This document shows positions 39,962-50,313 of a stretch of 64,000 bases of DNA, in pieces. The DNA is from an uncultured Desulfurococcales archaeon. Its GTDB lineage: Archaea > Thermoproteota > Thermoprotei_A > EX4484-217-1. Positions within the stretch are counted from its first letter, which is position 1. Every line of letters starts with the position of its first letter. The notes under the pieces are model-generated. The model had not been told where the DNA came from. It worked only from the letters and a program-made list of their open reading frames with translations, and did no database searches. The translations under genes were made by a program, and so were the position numbers. The DNA lies in contig CAZLZO010000005.1 of the NCBI GenBank assembly GCA_964564025.1, forward strand, positions 712 to 64,711. The letters run 5' to 3'.

Positions 39962-40603
39962 ATGAGTAGCTACGGTCAAGTACCAAGCTTGGAGGAATGG
40001 CAGCCTAGAACTAAAGTTGGCAGGTTAGTTAAAGAGGGAAAAATAGTTTCAATAGATGAGATTTTTGAGCAAAACCTTAGAATAACTGAGCCTGAAATAA
40101 TTGATTACTTGTTGCCTGATTTACAGCATGAAGTAATAGATATAGGTATTGTTCAGAAACAAACAGATGCAGGAGAAATTTCAAGATTTAAAGCTGTCGT
40201 TGTAATAGGTAACATGAACGGCTATGTAGGTATTGGTTCTGGAAAAGCTAGACAACTTAGATTTGCTATTCAAAAAGCTCTGCTTAATGCTAAACTAAAC
40301 ATAATACCTGTTAAAAGGGGATGTGGAAGTTGGGAATGCAGATGCGGTGAGCCGCACTCGGTACCTTTTGTGGTTCGAGGTAAAAGCGGCAGCGTAGAGG
40401 TTATTTTAAAACCCGCTCCTAAAGGAACAGGTCTTGTAATAGGGGATACAGGGAAGAAGGTTCTAAAATATGCTGGAATAAGGGATATTTGGTCGTTTTC
40501 AAAAGGTGAAACCAGGACCACATATAATTTTGCTATGGCAGTTTATAATGCGTTGAAAATGACATATAGAATAATCACTCCTGAAGATTGGCTAAGAGGG
40601 TAA
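39962..40603 (+). CDS. rps5: 30S ribosomal protein uS5
   Basis: W.PRTK.GRLV, RGCGSWEC, PAPKGTGLV. Confidence 0.97.
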   Translation: MSSYGQVPSLEEWQPRTKVGRLVKEGKIVSIDEIFEQNLRITEPEIIDYLLPDLQHEVIDIGIVQKQTDAGEISRFKAVVVIGNMNGYVGIGSGKARQLRFAIQKALLNAKLNIIPVKRGCGSWECRCGEPHSVPFVVRGKSGSVEVILKPAPKGTGLVIGDTGKKVLKYAGIRDIWSFSKGETRTTYNFAMAVYNALKMTYRIITPEDWLRG

Positions 40604-40604
40604 T

Positions 40605-41090
40605 ATGAAAATGCCGCTATATGCTATTATTAGGATTAGAGGTCAGCCAGATACTCCCTATGATGTAGAATATACTTTAAAACTCCTAAGACTCCATAGA
40701 AGATTTCACTGCACATTATATCACTCAAAAACTCCTGGCTTAGATGGAATGCTTTTTAAAGCTAAAGATTGGATAACCTGGGGAGAAATATCTAAAAATG
40801 TACTAATAGAATTACTTAGGAAAAGAGGTAGGACCGTAGGCAATAAGCCCTTAACGGATGATATAGTTAAGGAAAAACTTAGACTTAAAGGTGGAATTGA
40901 AGAGTTAGCTGAAAAGCTTCTTTCAGGAGAAATAACCTTAAACAAGATAGAAAACGTTATTAAACCTGTTTTCAGACTTCATCCTCCAAAAGGAGGATTT
41001 AAGGGAACAATAAAAAGACCATTCGGTGCTGGAGGAGAATTAGGATATCGCGGTGAAAAGATAAATGAATTACTTATGAGAATGATTTAA
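40605..41090 (+). CDS. rpl30: 50S ribosomal protein uL30
   Basis: AIIRIRG, ITWGEI, FRLHPPKGG. Confidence 0.97.
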   Translation: MKMPLYAIIRIRGQPDTPYDVEYTLKLLRLHRRFHCTLYHSKTPGLDGMLFKAKDWITWGEISKNVLIELLRKRGRTVGNKPLTDDIVKEKLRLKGGIEELAEKLLSGEITLNKIENVIKPVFRLHPPKGGFKGTIKRPFGAGGELGYRGEKINELLMRMI

Positions 41091-41101
41091 GGTGTTTAAG
41101 T

Positions 41102-41545
41102 ATGGTTGTTAGGAGGAGGAGGAAGTCAAGGAAGCTTAGGGGAAATAGGACGCATGGATATGGTAGGGTAGGTCAGCATAGGAAATCGGGGAGTAGAGGA
41201 GGCTTCGGTGCTGCGGGTCTTCATAAGCATAAGTGGAGTTGGATAGTAAAGTATGCTCCAAATTACTTTGGGAAACATGGTTTCACTAGGGCACCAACAA
41301 TTGTTTTGGCTAGGAAAGTTGTAAACATAGGGGAACTTGATGAAATAGCTGAGGATTTAATAAAGAAAGGATTAGCTGAGCGGGAGGGAGAATTCATAAG
41401 GATTGATGTAAGAAAGCTTGGCTTCAATAAGGTAGCTGGTAGAGGAAAGGTTCTTAGAAAGCTGAAAATAATCACGTTATTCATAACGGAAAAAGCTAAG
41501 CAAAAGGTAGAGAAAGCAGGAGGCATAGTAGAAATCGTTAAGTAA
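41102..41545 (+). CDS. rpl15: 50S ribosomal protein uL15
   Basis: RG.RTHG.GRVGQHRKSG.RGG, FGKHGF. Confidence 0.97.
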   Translation: MVVRRRRKSRKLRGNRTHGYGRVGQHRKSGSRGGFGAAGLHKHKWSWIVKYAPNYFGKHGFTRAPTIVLARKVVNIGELDEIAEDLIKKGLAEREGEFIRIDVRKLGFNKVAGRGKVLRKLKIITLFITEKAKQKVEKAGGIVEIVK

Positions 41546-41576
41546 CTTTTTACTCTAAAATTAAGGATGATTCGCA

Positions 41577-43007
41577 ATGATGTTCATTGATCTCTTAGGG
41601 AAAATAGCATACTACCTACCTTCAGTGAAGAAGCCTGAACGTAGACCTTCACTCTATGAAAGACTTGCATGGACTGGTGCAGTTTTACTAATGTTCCTTA
41701 TTATGGGTAATGTTCCGCTTTTTGGAATACCTCAGCAAGCAATGGGCATCGAGCAACTCTCTGTTTTCACGCTTATTTTCGGAGCTAGATTAGGCACTCT
41801 AATGCAGCTTGGAATAAGCCCCATAGTCACTGCTGGAATAATCTTAGAGGTTCTCGTTGGAGCCAAAATAATAGAGCTTGACTTAACGGATCCTGAGCAA
41901 AGAGAAAAGTTTACAGCAGCACAGAAAGGCTTAGCACTAATATTAGCTGTTGTTGAAGCGACTGCATATGCTGTTTCAAGTTTTGGCTTACCTATTAAGT
42001 TAACGCCTGAACAGCAAGTACTGGTCATTATACAGCTAATATTTGCAAGCATAATAGTTATCCTATTTGACGAGCTTTTACAGAAAGGTTGGGGTATAGG
42101 AAGTGCTATTTCACTATTCATATTAACTAATGTTGCTGAAGCAGTTACTTGGAGTATGTTTAGTATAGCTCCTTCCCCCTTCCCTCAGGAGGGAACATAT
42201 TATGGTGTAATTCCTGAATTAATAAATAGGATATTTAGTGGTGAGGTATTAGCGGTACTTATTAGGAGAGGGTTACCTGATCTTTTAGGCTTAATAGCTA
42301 CATTAGCTTTCATGTTCTTGCTCATATATCTTCACGGTGTTCGCGTAGAAATACCGATAGCTATTCAAAGATATAGGGGTGTTAGATCGAAGATCCCCTT
42401 AAACTTTCTCTATGTTTCAAACGTTCCAGTTCTCTTATTCTCAATATTTATAGCTGACTACTTATTCTTTTCACAAATATTATGGTCTCAACTTAATAGG
42501 TCAAATACCAACTTCTTCCTGAACCTGCTAGGAACATTTGAAACTATGGAGAACGGTAGGATTGTTCCAACAGGTGGTCTCGCATACTACTTGAGCCCTC
42601 CAAGAGGATTATTCAGTGTTGCTGAAGACCCTGTTAAAGCTGTAGTTTATGTAATCTTACTGATAATTGCTGCAATAGCGTTTGGACTTATGTGGGTCGA
42701 AGTTAGCGGTATGAGTCCTAGGGATCAAGCGGAAAACCTTGTGAAATCAGGAATGAACATACCAGGATTAAGGTTAGGCTCCGTTAAAACCCTTGAAAAA
42801 TTCCTGGCAAGATACATTTACCCGCTGGCTCTTCTAAGCTCAATTATTGTAGGAGTTATAGCTGCCTCGGCGGAAATACTCGGAGTATTCGGTGGAGGCA
42901 TGGGAATACTGCTTTCAGTAGGGATAATTTATCAATACTATCAAATAATAGCTTATGAGAGAGCACTAGAAACATATCCATTATTAAAGAAGCTTATAGG
43001 AGAGTAA
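41577..43007 (+). CDS. secY: preprotein translocase subunit SecY
   Basis: LGISPIVTA.II, KGWGIGS.ISLFI, G.GILL.VGI. Confidence 0.97.
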   Translation: MMFIDLLGKIAYYLPSVKKPERRPSLYERLAWTGAVLLMFLIMGNVPLFGIPQQAMGIEQLSVFTLIFGARLGTLMQLGISPIVTAGIILEVLVGAKIIELDLTDPEQREKFTAAQKGLALILAVVEATAYAVSSFGLPIKLTPEQQVLVIIQLIFASIIVILFDELLQKGWGIGSAISLFILTNVAEAVTWSMFSIAPSPFPQEGTYYGVIPELINRIFSGEVLAVLIRRGLPDLLGLIATLAFMFLLIYLHGVRVEIPIAIQRYRGVRSKIPLNFLYVSNVPVLLFSIFIADYLFFSQILWSQLNRSNTNFFLNLLGTFETMENGRIVPTGGLAYYLSPPRGLFSVAEDPVKAVVYVILLIIAAIAFGLMWVEVSGMSPRDQAENLVKSGMNIPGLRLGSVKTLEKFLARYIYPLALLSSIIVGVIAASAEILGVFGGGMGILLSVGIIYQYYQIIAYERALETYPLLKKLIGE

Positions 43008-43108
43008 GTTTTTCTACGAATTTCCAACATTCCCTATTAACAGTAGAAATAATATACGAACTAGGTAATAATGTGTTCTGTAATAGTAAATATAATGGTT
43101 GATCTACT

Positions 43109-43723
43109 ATGTCTGAGAAGCCTAAACCTCCAATAATTGTAATTATAGTTGGAATCCCAGGTGTAGGTAAAACTACAGTTTTAAAGAGTCTTCAAGAAAA
43201 AGCAGCTAAAGAAGGCTTTGATGTGAAAATAGTTAATTTCGGAGATTACATGTTTGAAGAAGCAAAGAGCCTTGGACTTATAACTCATAGAGACGAAATA
43301 CGTAAGTTACCAATACATGTTCAATTAGAGCTCCAGGAGAAAGCAGCTAAGAAAATTAGGGAGGATGCCGAAAAAGAAAAACATGACATATTTATTGTTG
43401 ATACACACGCACTAATACATACTGCTACAGGATTTTGGCCTGGATTGCCAAAGCACGTCATAGAGAACATTAAACCCTATCTAATAATTAACCTTGAAGC
43501 TTTACCTGAAGAAATATATGCGAGAAGAATGAGGGATGTGGGTGTAAGGTTTAGGATGGATGAGAAGAGTATTGATGAAATAAGGGAGTTCATGTTTTTA
43601 GCGAGAATATCATCAATAGCTTCAGCAGTACTTACAGGTTCTACGGTTAAAATAGTGCTTAATAGGGAAGGTAAAGTTGATGAAACAGTTAAGGAAATAC
43701 TGGATGCTTTAAAGAAAATTTAA
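43109..43723 (+). CDS. adkA: archaeal adenylate kinase
   Basis: GIPGVGKTT, NFGD.M, RDEIRKL, DTH...G..PGLP. Confidence 0.95.
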   Translation: MSEKPKPPIIVIIVGIPGVGKTTVLKSLQEKAAKEGFDVKIVNFGDYMFEEAKSLGLITHRDEIRKLPIHVQLELQEKAAKKIREDAEKEKHDIFIVDTHALIHTATGFWPGLPKHVIENIKPYLIINLEALPEEIYARRMRDVGVRFRMDEKSIDEIREFMFLARISSIASAVLTGSTVKIVLNREGKVDETVKEILDALKKI

Positions 43724-43801
43724 ATTAAAATTTTAAATAGTTCCAGACGGCTACATTAAAACTAGTCCTTAAATGGTGTTTAATGCGGAGGCTAACACTT
43801 C

Positions 43802-44083
43802 ATGCCTAGACCTAGGTATAGAAGTAGGTCTCTAAGAAGAATATATGTTAGAGTACCTGGAGGGGATACAAAAATACATTATGAGAAACGTAAGCCTAGT
43901 GTTGCAAAATGCACTATTTGCGGAAAGCCCTTAAACGGTGTTCCAAGGCTTAGACCAGCTGAGTTAAGAAAACTACCTAAGTCCCTTAAAAGACCGGAGA
44001 GAATGTATGGCGGGGTCATTTGTGCTTCCTGTTTAAGAAGCCTTTTAAAAGAAGCTATTAGAGGCACTGTTACTATTGCATAA
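43802..44083 (+). CDS. rpl34e: 50S ribosomal protein eL34
   Basis: MPRP.YRSRS, C..CG.PL.G, RPER.YGG..C..C. Confidence 0.97.
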   Translation: MPRPRYRSRSLRRIYVRVPGGDTKIHYEKRKPSVAKCTICGKPLNGVPRLRPAELRKLPKSLKRPERMYGGVICASCLRSLLKEAIRGTVTIA

Positions 44084-44624
44084 ACTACGTAATGTAATAG
44101 TTATAAGTGGACCTGCTGGAAGCGGTAAAACCACGTATGCTCTTAAGCTAGCTGAAAAGTATGGTTTAAGATACTTTTCTGCTGGGCAGTTGTTTCGGAA
44201 AATAGCTAGGGAAAGAGGTCTTACTCTTTCTGAGTTAAGTAAAATAGCTGAGAAAGATTACTCAATAGACTTAGAGATTGATAGACGAACTCTTGAAGAA
44301 GCACTTAAGGGAAACATAGTTATTGACGGCCATTTAACTGCATGGGTTGTTAAGGAAGTAGCTGATTTGAGGATTTATGTAACAGCGCCATTAATGGTGA
44401 GAGTTAGGAGAATAGCTGAAAGAGACGGCATTTCGCTAAGAGAAGCATTTTACGAAACAGTAACTAGAGAGTTCAGTCAGAGAAGAAGATTTCTAGAAAT
44501 ATATGGCGTAGACGTAGCCAATATATCATGGTTTGACTTAGTAATTAACACTGAGAAATTTAGCATTGAAGAAACCTTTGCAATTATAGATAAAGTTGCT
44601 TCTAAAATATTGAGAAAACCATAA
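44076..44624 (+). CDS. cmk: cytidylate kinase
   Basis: [20 protein letters not shown]. Confidence 0.93.
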   Translation: MHKLRNVIVISGPAGSGKTTYALKLAEKYGLRYFSAGQLFRKIARERGLTLSELSKIAEKDYSIDLEIDRRTLEEALKGNIVIDGHLTAWVVKEVADLRIYVTAPLMVRVRRIAERDGISLREAFYETVTREFSQRRRFLEIYGVDVANISWFDLVINTEKFSIEETFAIIDKVASKILRKP

Positions 44625-44696
44625 TATTTATTAAACCATATCTTGTTTTACAAGAAAAATGTCTAGAAACACAAGGCAGGATGCGGGTGTGTTTCA

Positions 44697-44987
44697 ATGC
44701 CAGCAATTGAGGTTGGGAGGATATGTGTTAAAATAGCTGGTAGAGAAGCTGGTAGAAAATGCGTAATAGTCGACGTAATAGACGATAACTTCGTTTTAAT
44801 AACCGGGCCTAAACAGTTAACTGGTGTTAAAAGGAGGAAAGCGAACATTAAACATATTGAGGTTTTACCTGAAAAAATAGATATTAAAAAAGGAGCATCA
44901 GATGAAGAAGTTTTGGAAGCAATAAGGGCTAAGGGATTAGAGGATTTTATGAGAGAAAGAGTTAAACCTATTTTACCGCCAACTTAA
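44697..44987 (+). CDS. rpl14e: 50S ribosomal protein eL14
   Basis: [15 protein letters not shown]. Confidence 0.97.
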   Translation: MPAIEVGRICVKIAGREAGRKCVIVDVIDDNFVLITGPKQLTGVKRRKANIKHIEVLPEKIDIKKGASDEEVLEAIRAKGLEDFMRERVKPILPPT

Positions 44988-45057
44988 ACAATGTTTTCAC
45001 ATAGATTTTTATTTATATTTCCTAGTGTAACATTTCTATCTTAGGGAGGAAGAGACA

Positions 45058-46136
45058 TTGTCTTATCTTGAAGGTTTAAAGTTTCTTGAGGAACTTGATA
45101 GAGTATGTGGTATTAGGAGACAGTATCTTTTCAAGGGAGAACTTGAAACTGATGAAAGATACGGCTATTTCCCGTATCGTAGGCCTATAGATTATTACAT
45201 TAAGCATGGCGTAATTAACCTGGATAAACCGCCTGGACCTACAAGTCATGAAGTTGTTGCATGGATTAAAAGAATGTTTAATTTAACAAAGGCCGGACAT
45301 GGTGGGACCCTAGAGCCCCATTAGCCCCTTAAAATAGGGGCTAGGGGCGGGGTTATCCCAAAGTAAGTGGTGTTCTCCCAGTTGCCTTAGAATACGCTAC
45401 TAAAGTTATCAGTGTTATTGTCCATAAGATTAAGGAGTATGTTTGTGTAATGCAGCTTCATGGCGATGTTAGTGATGCTGAACTTTTAAGAGTTATCAAT
45501 AAGTTTGTAGGTAAAATTTATCAAAGACCCCCTCTTAGGTCTTCAGTTAAAAGGTCCCTTAGAATTAAGGAAATATACTACATAGATGTTCTTGAAAGAG
45601 ATGGAAAATTAGTACTTATGAAAATAGGTTGTGAAGCAGGAACGTACATAAGAAAATTATGCCATGACGCTGGATTACTTTTAGGTGTTGGCGCCCATAT
45701 GAGGGAGCTTAGAAGAACCAGGGCGGGTCCCTTTAAAGAGGATGAATCATTAGCTAAGCTTCAGGACTTAGCTGACGCACTTTATAGGTGGAAGTATGAA
45801 GGAAAAGATGATCTACTTAGAAGATACATTATGCCTATGGAAAGAGCTGTTTGTGAATTACCTAAAATAATTATTAGAGATACGGCAGTGGATGCAATAG
45901 CTCATGGAGCTAACCTTGCTGTTCCAGGAATACTTGCATTGCATGAGGGAATAAAGGTTGGAGACAGAGTAGCTATTTTCACTGTTAAAGGGGAACTTGT
46001 TGCTTTAGGTAAAGCGAATATGAGTAGTGAACAAATAATGGAGGCAAAGAAAGGTATAGCTGTTAAAACTTCGAGAGTAATAATAGAGCCTGGACTTTAC
46101 CCTAAAGCGTGGAAATCTGAAGGGAAAGACAAATAA
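45058..46136 (+). CDS. cbf5: H/ACA pseudouridine synthase Cbf5; exons 45058-45313 and 45355-46136 (345 aa)
   Basis: DKPPGPTSHEV, GHGGTL-D-PKVSGVLP restored on splicing, IYQRPP, PUA domain; unifies the two ORF-track fragments. Confidence 0.96.
45314..45354 (+). other. 41-nt bulge-helix-bulge intron in cbf5 mRNA
   Basis: GGGA/UCCC exon helix, AG|A bulge, CCCU/GGGG central helix, UU|A bulge, GCCCC/GGGGC intron helix; splits the catalytic Asp codon G|AT. Confidence 0.95.
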
Positions 46137-46738
46137 TGTTAGAACATTACTTTAGCGAAAAGCCGAGTAGTATAGGTAGGAAGGAAATTATAAGCGATAT
46201 AATAAGAGGGGTTTCTGTAGAGTTCATAGTGGAACCAGGAGTGTTTTCTAAGAGAAGAGTTGACCTAGGAACAAAACTGCTTCTTGAAACAATGATAATT
46301 CCTGGTGAAGGAAACGTTTTAGACATTGGAGCAGGTTATGGAGTTATAGGCATAACTCTTGCTAAACTTAATCCTAAGCTTAAAGTTTACATGGTTGAAA
46401 TAAATAAGAGAGCTGTTAAATTGTGTAAAATAAATGCTAAAAGAAATAATGTTGAAGATAGAATAGTAATTTTTCAAGGCAACCTCTACGATCCATTACC
46501 TGAAACCATAAAGTTTAAGACCATAGTTTCTAATCCGCCGTTTTCAGCGGGTTTCAAAATAGTAAACGCTATTGTTGAAGGAGCTTACATTAGACTTGAG
46601 AATCACGGATTACTTCAGCTAGTGGCGTGGAAGGGAACAAATAAGCTAAAGGAGAAGATGAAGGAAGTTTTCGGAAACGTAAAGGTACTTGCTAGTAAAA
46701 AAGGATACAAAGTTCTAATGAGCGAAAAAACCATATAA
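46136..46738 (+). CDS. RsmC-like class I SAM-dependent methyltransferase
   Basis: HYFSEKP, GVFS..RVD.GT.LL, LDIGAGYG, SNPPF. Confidence 0.9.
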   Translation: MLEHYFSEKPSSIGRKEIISDIIRGVSVEFIVEPGVFSKRRVDLGTKLLLETMIIPGEGNVLDIGAGYGVIGITLAKLNPKLKVYMVEINKRAVKLCKINAKRNNVEDRIVIFQGNLYDPLPETIKFKTIVSNPPFSAGFKIVNAIVEGAYIRLENHGLLQLVAWKGTNKLKEKMKEVFGNVKVLASKKGYKVLMSEKTI

Positions 46739-46772
46739 AATAAAAACTCGAACACCAAAATAACAAATACGT

Positions 46773-46862
46773 GCCGGGGTGCCCGAGCGGACTAAGGGGC
46801 TGGCCTTGAGAGCCAGTGGCGGATCGGCCGCCGCGCGGGTTCGAATCCCGCCCCCGGCGCCA
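46773..46862 (+). tRNA. tRNA-Ser(TGA), intronless, CCA encoded
   Basis: GCCGGGG/CCCCGGC acceptor stem, anticodon arm CTGGC-CTTGAGA-GCCAG, long variable arm, GGTTCGAATCC, GCCA end. Confidence 0.97.
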
Positions 46863-46885
46863 AAACTTAAACAATAATTTTAGGG

Positions 46886-47773
46886 TTAGAAATCGTAGAG
46901 ATTTAAAGGTTCATTGCGCTTAAGAATTGTTGGTTCGTATGATAGAATATCCTCTGTTCTTATTTTTTCTCTAGCGGATTTCCCTAGTACAAAGTACATT
47001 TCATTCTCTCCAGCGTAGATAAGGTCTACGTCTTGGAAGAATATCCAAAGTAGTGAAGCTATTGTTGAGATATTTCTAAAATTTATCGGTAATGAAATAA
47101 TCTCATAGTTCTTAAGTTTAATATAAGCCCTATAGTATGAGCCCGTTACTACGTCGTGTTTTAAGTGAATTGATATGCTTAAGTTTTCTGGATCCCTATT
47201 TTCAACGAGGAATTCCTTGAAACCATCTTTAAATATTGCATTTATTCTATTATGTTCTTCAATAACAACTATGCTTCTATGGTGAGCACATTTGCTAAGT
47301 GAAGCGAAGAGCTTAGTAAGTGACCAGTCGTTAAAGTGCGCCAAAATAGCTCCGTAAGCTAAGATGATATCAAAGCTTCTCCCTAACTCGTATGTTTTCA
47401 AAGCGTCTAAGACCTTAGTTTCTGCTTTAATGTCTTCCTCTGTTGCAAAACGGATTGCATCTTTTAAAGCATCTTCACGAACATCTATCATAACTAAGTC
47501 CACAAGCACTCCATGTTTAAGTAGGGTTTTTGCTAAAGCAACGCCACCTATGCCCTTACCTGCTCCAATAACTAAAACCGCCACTTTACCCGTATCCAGT
47601 ATTTCCTTAAACCATCGATGCTTAAGAAGACGTTCAAAACGCTTTAAAGCCTGTAAGTATCTACTTCTACCTTTAGAAGACCAAGGATCATCCATCCAGT
47701 CAACTATCTTATATGCTTTCTCCAAGTCTTTGAAGGAGGAATTCATTAGAACACCCAATATTTTGATGTGCAA
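46886..47773 (-). CDS. class I SAM-dependent methyltransferase
   Basis: VIGAGKGIGG, IDVRE, FDIILAYG..LAHF. Confidence 0.75.
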   Translation of the reverse strand: MHIKILGVLMNSSFKDLEKAYKIVDWMDDPWSSKGRSRYLQALKRFERLLKHRWFKEILDTGKVAVLVIGAGKGIGGVALAKTLLKHGVLVDLVMIDVREDALKDAIRFATEEDIKAETKVLDALKTYELGRSFDIILAYGAILAHFNDWSLTKLFASLSKCAHHRSIVVIEEHNRINAIFKDGFKEFLVENRDPENLSISIHLKHDVVTGSYYRAYIKLKNYEIISLPINFRNISTIASLLWIFFQDVDLIYAGENEMYFVLGKSAREKIRTEDILSYEPTILKRNEPLNLYDF

Positions 47774-47934
47774 ATAGCCTAATATGTTCTCTGTAAACCA
47801 TATAGTATAATTGAAGACTTGGATACCTTAACTCCAATGGCTTAGGAGCCTATTTTCTACGACATTGCATGTAAGCGCTAATGACTTTCGCAAGGCAGTA
47901 TTCTTGGTAACCTAACAATTTTACTTCCCGGTGG

Positions 47935-48250
47935 TTGAGTGTAATCTTGATTCAGTGAAGTTAAAGGCTAAGTATTGGTATTAGAAGTTTTGATGAGCAA
48001 CATAATAAGCTTGATTTTTTAATAATAAATGAGCTGCATGATGCTATAAAATTAGGTTTAGGTAAAGGTAAAGCTGCATTAGATGTCATTATAAGGAAAA
48101 TGCAAAACCCGCCTTTATTTCCGAAGAAATTGCTTTGGGGAAATATAAATTCCCAGGGTACTGGGAACATAAGAGAAAACATGGACAATTTATTGCTAAA
48201 GTGAAGATGTTTTAGTTAAGTTTAAAGGAAGAATTCAAAGATTTTTTACA
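47935..48250 (+). pseudogene. bacteriohemerythrin pseudogene
   Basis: LIQ*S*RLSIGIRSFDEQHNKL..IINELHDAIK.G.GK, frameshift near 48110, then SEEIALGKYKFPGYWEHKRKHGQFIAKV. Confidence 0.8.
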
Positions 48251-48361
48251 TTTAAGTATACTTCTCTTCTTTCCATAGATACACTAAGATATACTAAAAA
48301 TATAAGCAGCTTCCACTGATAATTTTATTGTCGCAGGAGAAAGTGAATTCTGAGGCGACAT

Positions 48362-49483
48362 GTGTTGCCTGAAGTTAAGGTCGTTAACGTAACGAAGATT
48401 TTTGGAGGTAAAGTAGTAGCGCTAGACAATGTTTCCGTTACCGTCAAGAATGGAGAGTTCTTCGTCCTTTTAGGTCCTTCAGGTTCTGGAAAAACTACTC
48501 TTTTAAGGTGTATTGCTGGTTTGGAGAGACCCGATAAGGGAGTTATAGCAATAGGCGACAAAGTCGTTTACGACGCTAAAAGAAAAATTTCAATACCCCC
48601 TAAGGATCGTGATATTGCTATGGTTTTCCAAAATTACGCACTATACCCCCATATGAAAGTATTCGATAACATAGCCTTCCCCTTGAGGCTAAGAAAGGTT
48701 CCTAAAGAGGAAATTAGGAAGAAAGTGGTGGAGGTAGCGAAACTCCTAAGAATTCAAGATCTTCTTGATCGTTACCCTAGGCAGCTTAGTGGTGGTCAGC
48801 AGCAAAGAGTGGCGCTAGCAAGAGCGCTAGTAAGAAATCCAAAAGTATTCCTCATGGATGAGCCTTTAAGCAATATTGATGCTAAGCTTAGGGTTTTAAT
48901 GAGAGCTGAGCTTAAAAGGCTTCAAAAAGAGTTAGGAATAACAACAATATATGTAACACATGATCAAGCAGAAGCTATGACCATGGCTGATAGAATAGCT
49001 ATACTTAATTTTGGAAAAGTTATGCAAATAGGGACTCCAGGGGAGCTTTACCATAAACCTGCAAACCTCTTCGTAGCCGGATTCGTAGGATCACCACCTA
49101 TGAACTTCTTCGATGTAACGCTTGTTTACGACGAGAAAAGGAGAAGCTACTTCTTGGACTCTGGAGAATTTCAGCTAAAACTACCAGGTGACATAGCGAA
49201 AATAGTTTCTGAGGAAGCCAAGGGAGAAGAGTTAATACTTGGAGTAAGACCTGAAGATATTCAAGTGCTTAAAGAACCTATTGAAGGAGTCTTTGAAGCG
49301 GAAATATACGTTATAGAACCATTAGGTTCTGAAACAATAGTAAATTTGAAAGTAGGAAATTATCTATTTAAATCCAGAATGCTTGGAGAATTTCAAGGAG
49401 GACATGGTGAGAAAGTTTATGTTAAATTTAATGTGGAAAAAATCCATATATTTGACAAGAAAACTGAGAAAGCAATAATCTAG
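48362..49483 (+). CDS. sugar ABC transporter ATP-binding protein (MalK-like)
   Basis: GPSGSGKTT, FQNYALYPHM, LSGGQQQR, C-terminal TOBE domain. Confidence 0.95.
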   Translation: MLPEVKVVNVTKIFGGKVVALDNVSVTVKNGEFFVLLGPSGSGKTTLLRCIAGLERPDKGVIAIGDKVVYDAKRKISIPPKDRDIAMVFQNYALYPHMKVFDNIAFPLRLRKVPKEEIRKKVVEVAKLLRIQDLLDRYPRQLSGGQQQRVALARALVRNPKVFLMDEPLSNIDAKLRVLMRAELKRLQKELGITTIYVTHDQAEAMTMADRIAILNFGKVMQIGTPGELYHKPANLFVAGFVGSPPMNFFDVTLVYDEKRRSYFLDSGEFQLKLPGDIAKIVSEEAKGEELILGVRPEDIQVLKEPIEGVFEAEIYVIEPLGSETIVNLKVGNYLFKSRMLGEFQGGHGEKVYVKFNVEKIHIFDKKTEKAII

Positions 49484-49485
49484 TT

Positions 49486-50313
49486 TCACCTAGTACCTTT
49501 AAGAGCCCCAGCTAATAGTCCGCTTATAAAGTATCTTCCAAGAGCTAAAGCTATTACTAAGGGAGGAAGTATTGCTATTAATGAGCCAGCCATGAGAGTG
49601 TTCCATGCAACCGTTGTTGTTCCCCTTAAATTAGCGACTTCCGGCTGAATAGTTCTTACAAGAGGGCTTGTGCTTAGAGTTACTGCAAATAGGAATTCGT
49701 TCCAAATACTCATGAATATTATTATTGTTGTAGAGATTATTCCCGGAAGTGCAACAGGCAGGACTACTTTAAGAAAAGTTTGTAACGCTGATGCTCCATC
49801 AATATAGGAGGCTTCTTCAAGTTCTTTAGGTACAGCCATGAAGAATGCTGAAGATATAAGAGCTGCCCATGGACTTAGTAATATAGTATATGCAATTATG
49901 AAGCTAAAGTGGGTTCCCATAACTCCGATATCCGCTAAAAACATGGTCATGGGAATTAAAAGTATTTGGTAGGGAATAAATGTGGCTATAGCTATTAGGA
50001 AAAACATTGTTCTAGTTGCTCTACTAACATGCCTGCTTAAGTAATATCCAGCTAAAGTACCTATCAAAACACATAGAAATGTTGAAGGTAAGGAAACTAC
50101 TATGCTATTGAAAAATGCTCTCTTAATTCTCTCCCATGCAGAAATCCACGGTACAATGTTTAGTGAGGATGGAAGCTGAAGAACGTTTGTTGTATATGTT
50201 TCTTCATGGCTCTTAAGCGAAGTGATTAACGCAACATAGAATGGAAGCATCCAGAACAGGGACATAAGTATTAATAAGAGATATGCAAGGACTATTTTAA
50301 TATTCATGTTCAC
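49486..50313 (-). CDS. sugar ABC transporter permease (MalG-like)
   Basis: EEASYIDGAS, WNEFLFA. Confidence 0.93.
   Translation of the reverse strand: MNMNIKIVLAYLLLILMSLFWMLPFYVALITSLKSHEETYTTNVLQLPSSLNIVPWISAWERIKRAFFNSIVVSLPSTFLCVLIGTLAGYYLSRHVSRATRTMFFLIAIATFIPYQILLIPMTMFLADIGVMGTHFSFIIAYTILLSPWAALISSAFFMAVPKELEEASYIDGASALQTFLKVVLPVALPGIISTTIIIFMSIWNEFLFAVTLSTSPLVRTIQPEVANLRGTTTVAWNTLMAGSLIAILPPLVIALALGRYFISGLLAGALKGTR

Noticed and set aside
45058..46136. cbf5 as two genes or a frameshifted pseudogene
   Set aside because: A complete BHB intron restores a single frame and the catalytic Asp.
47961..48188. 75-aa minus-strand ORF from the track
   Set aside because: It is the antisense shadow of the hemerythrin pseudogene.
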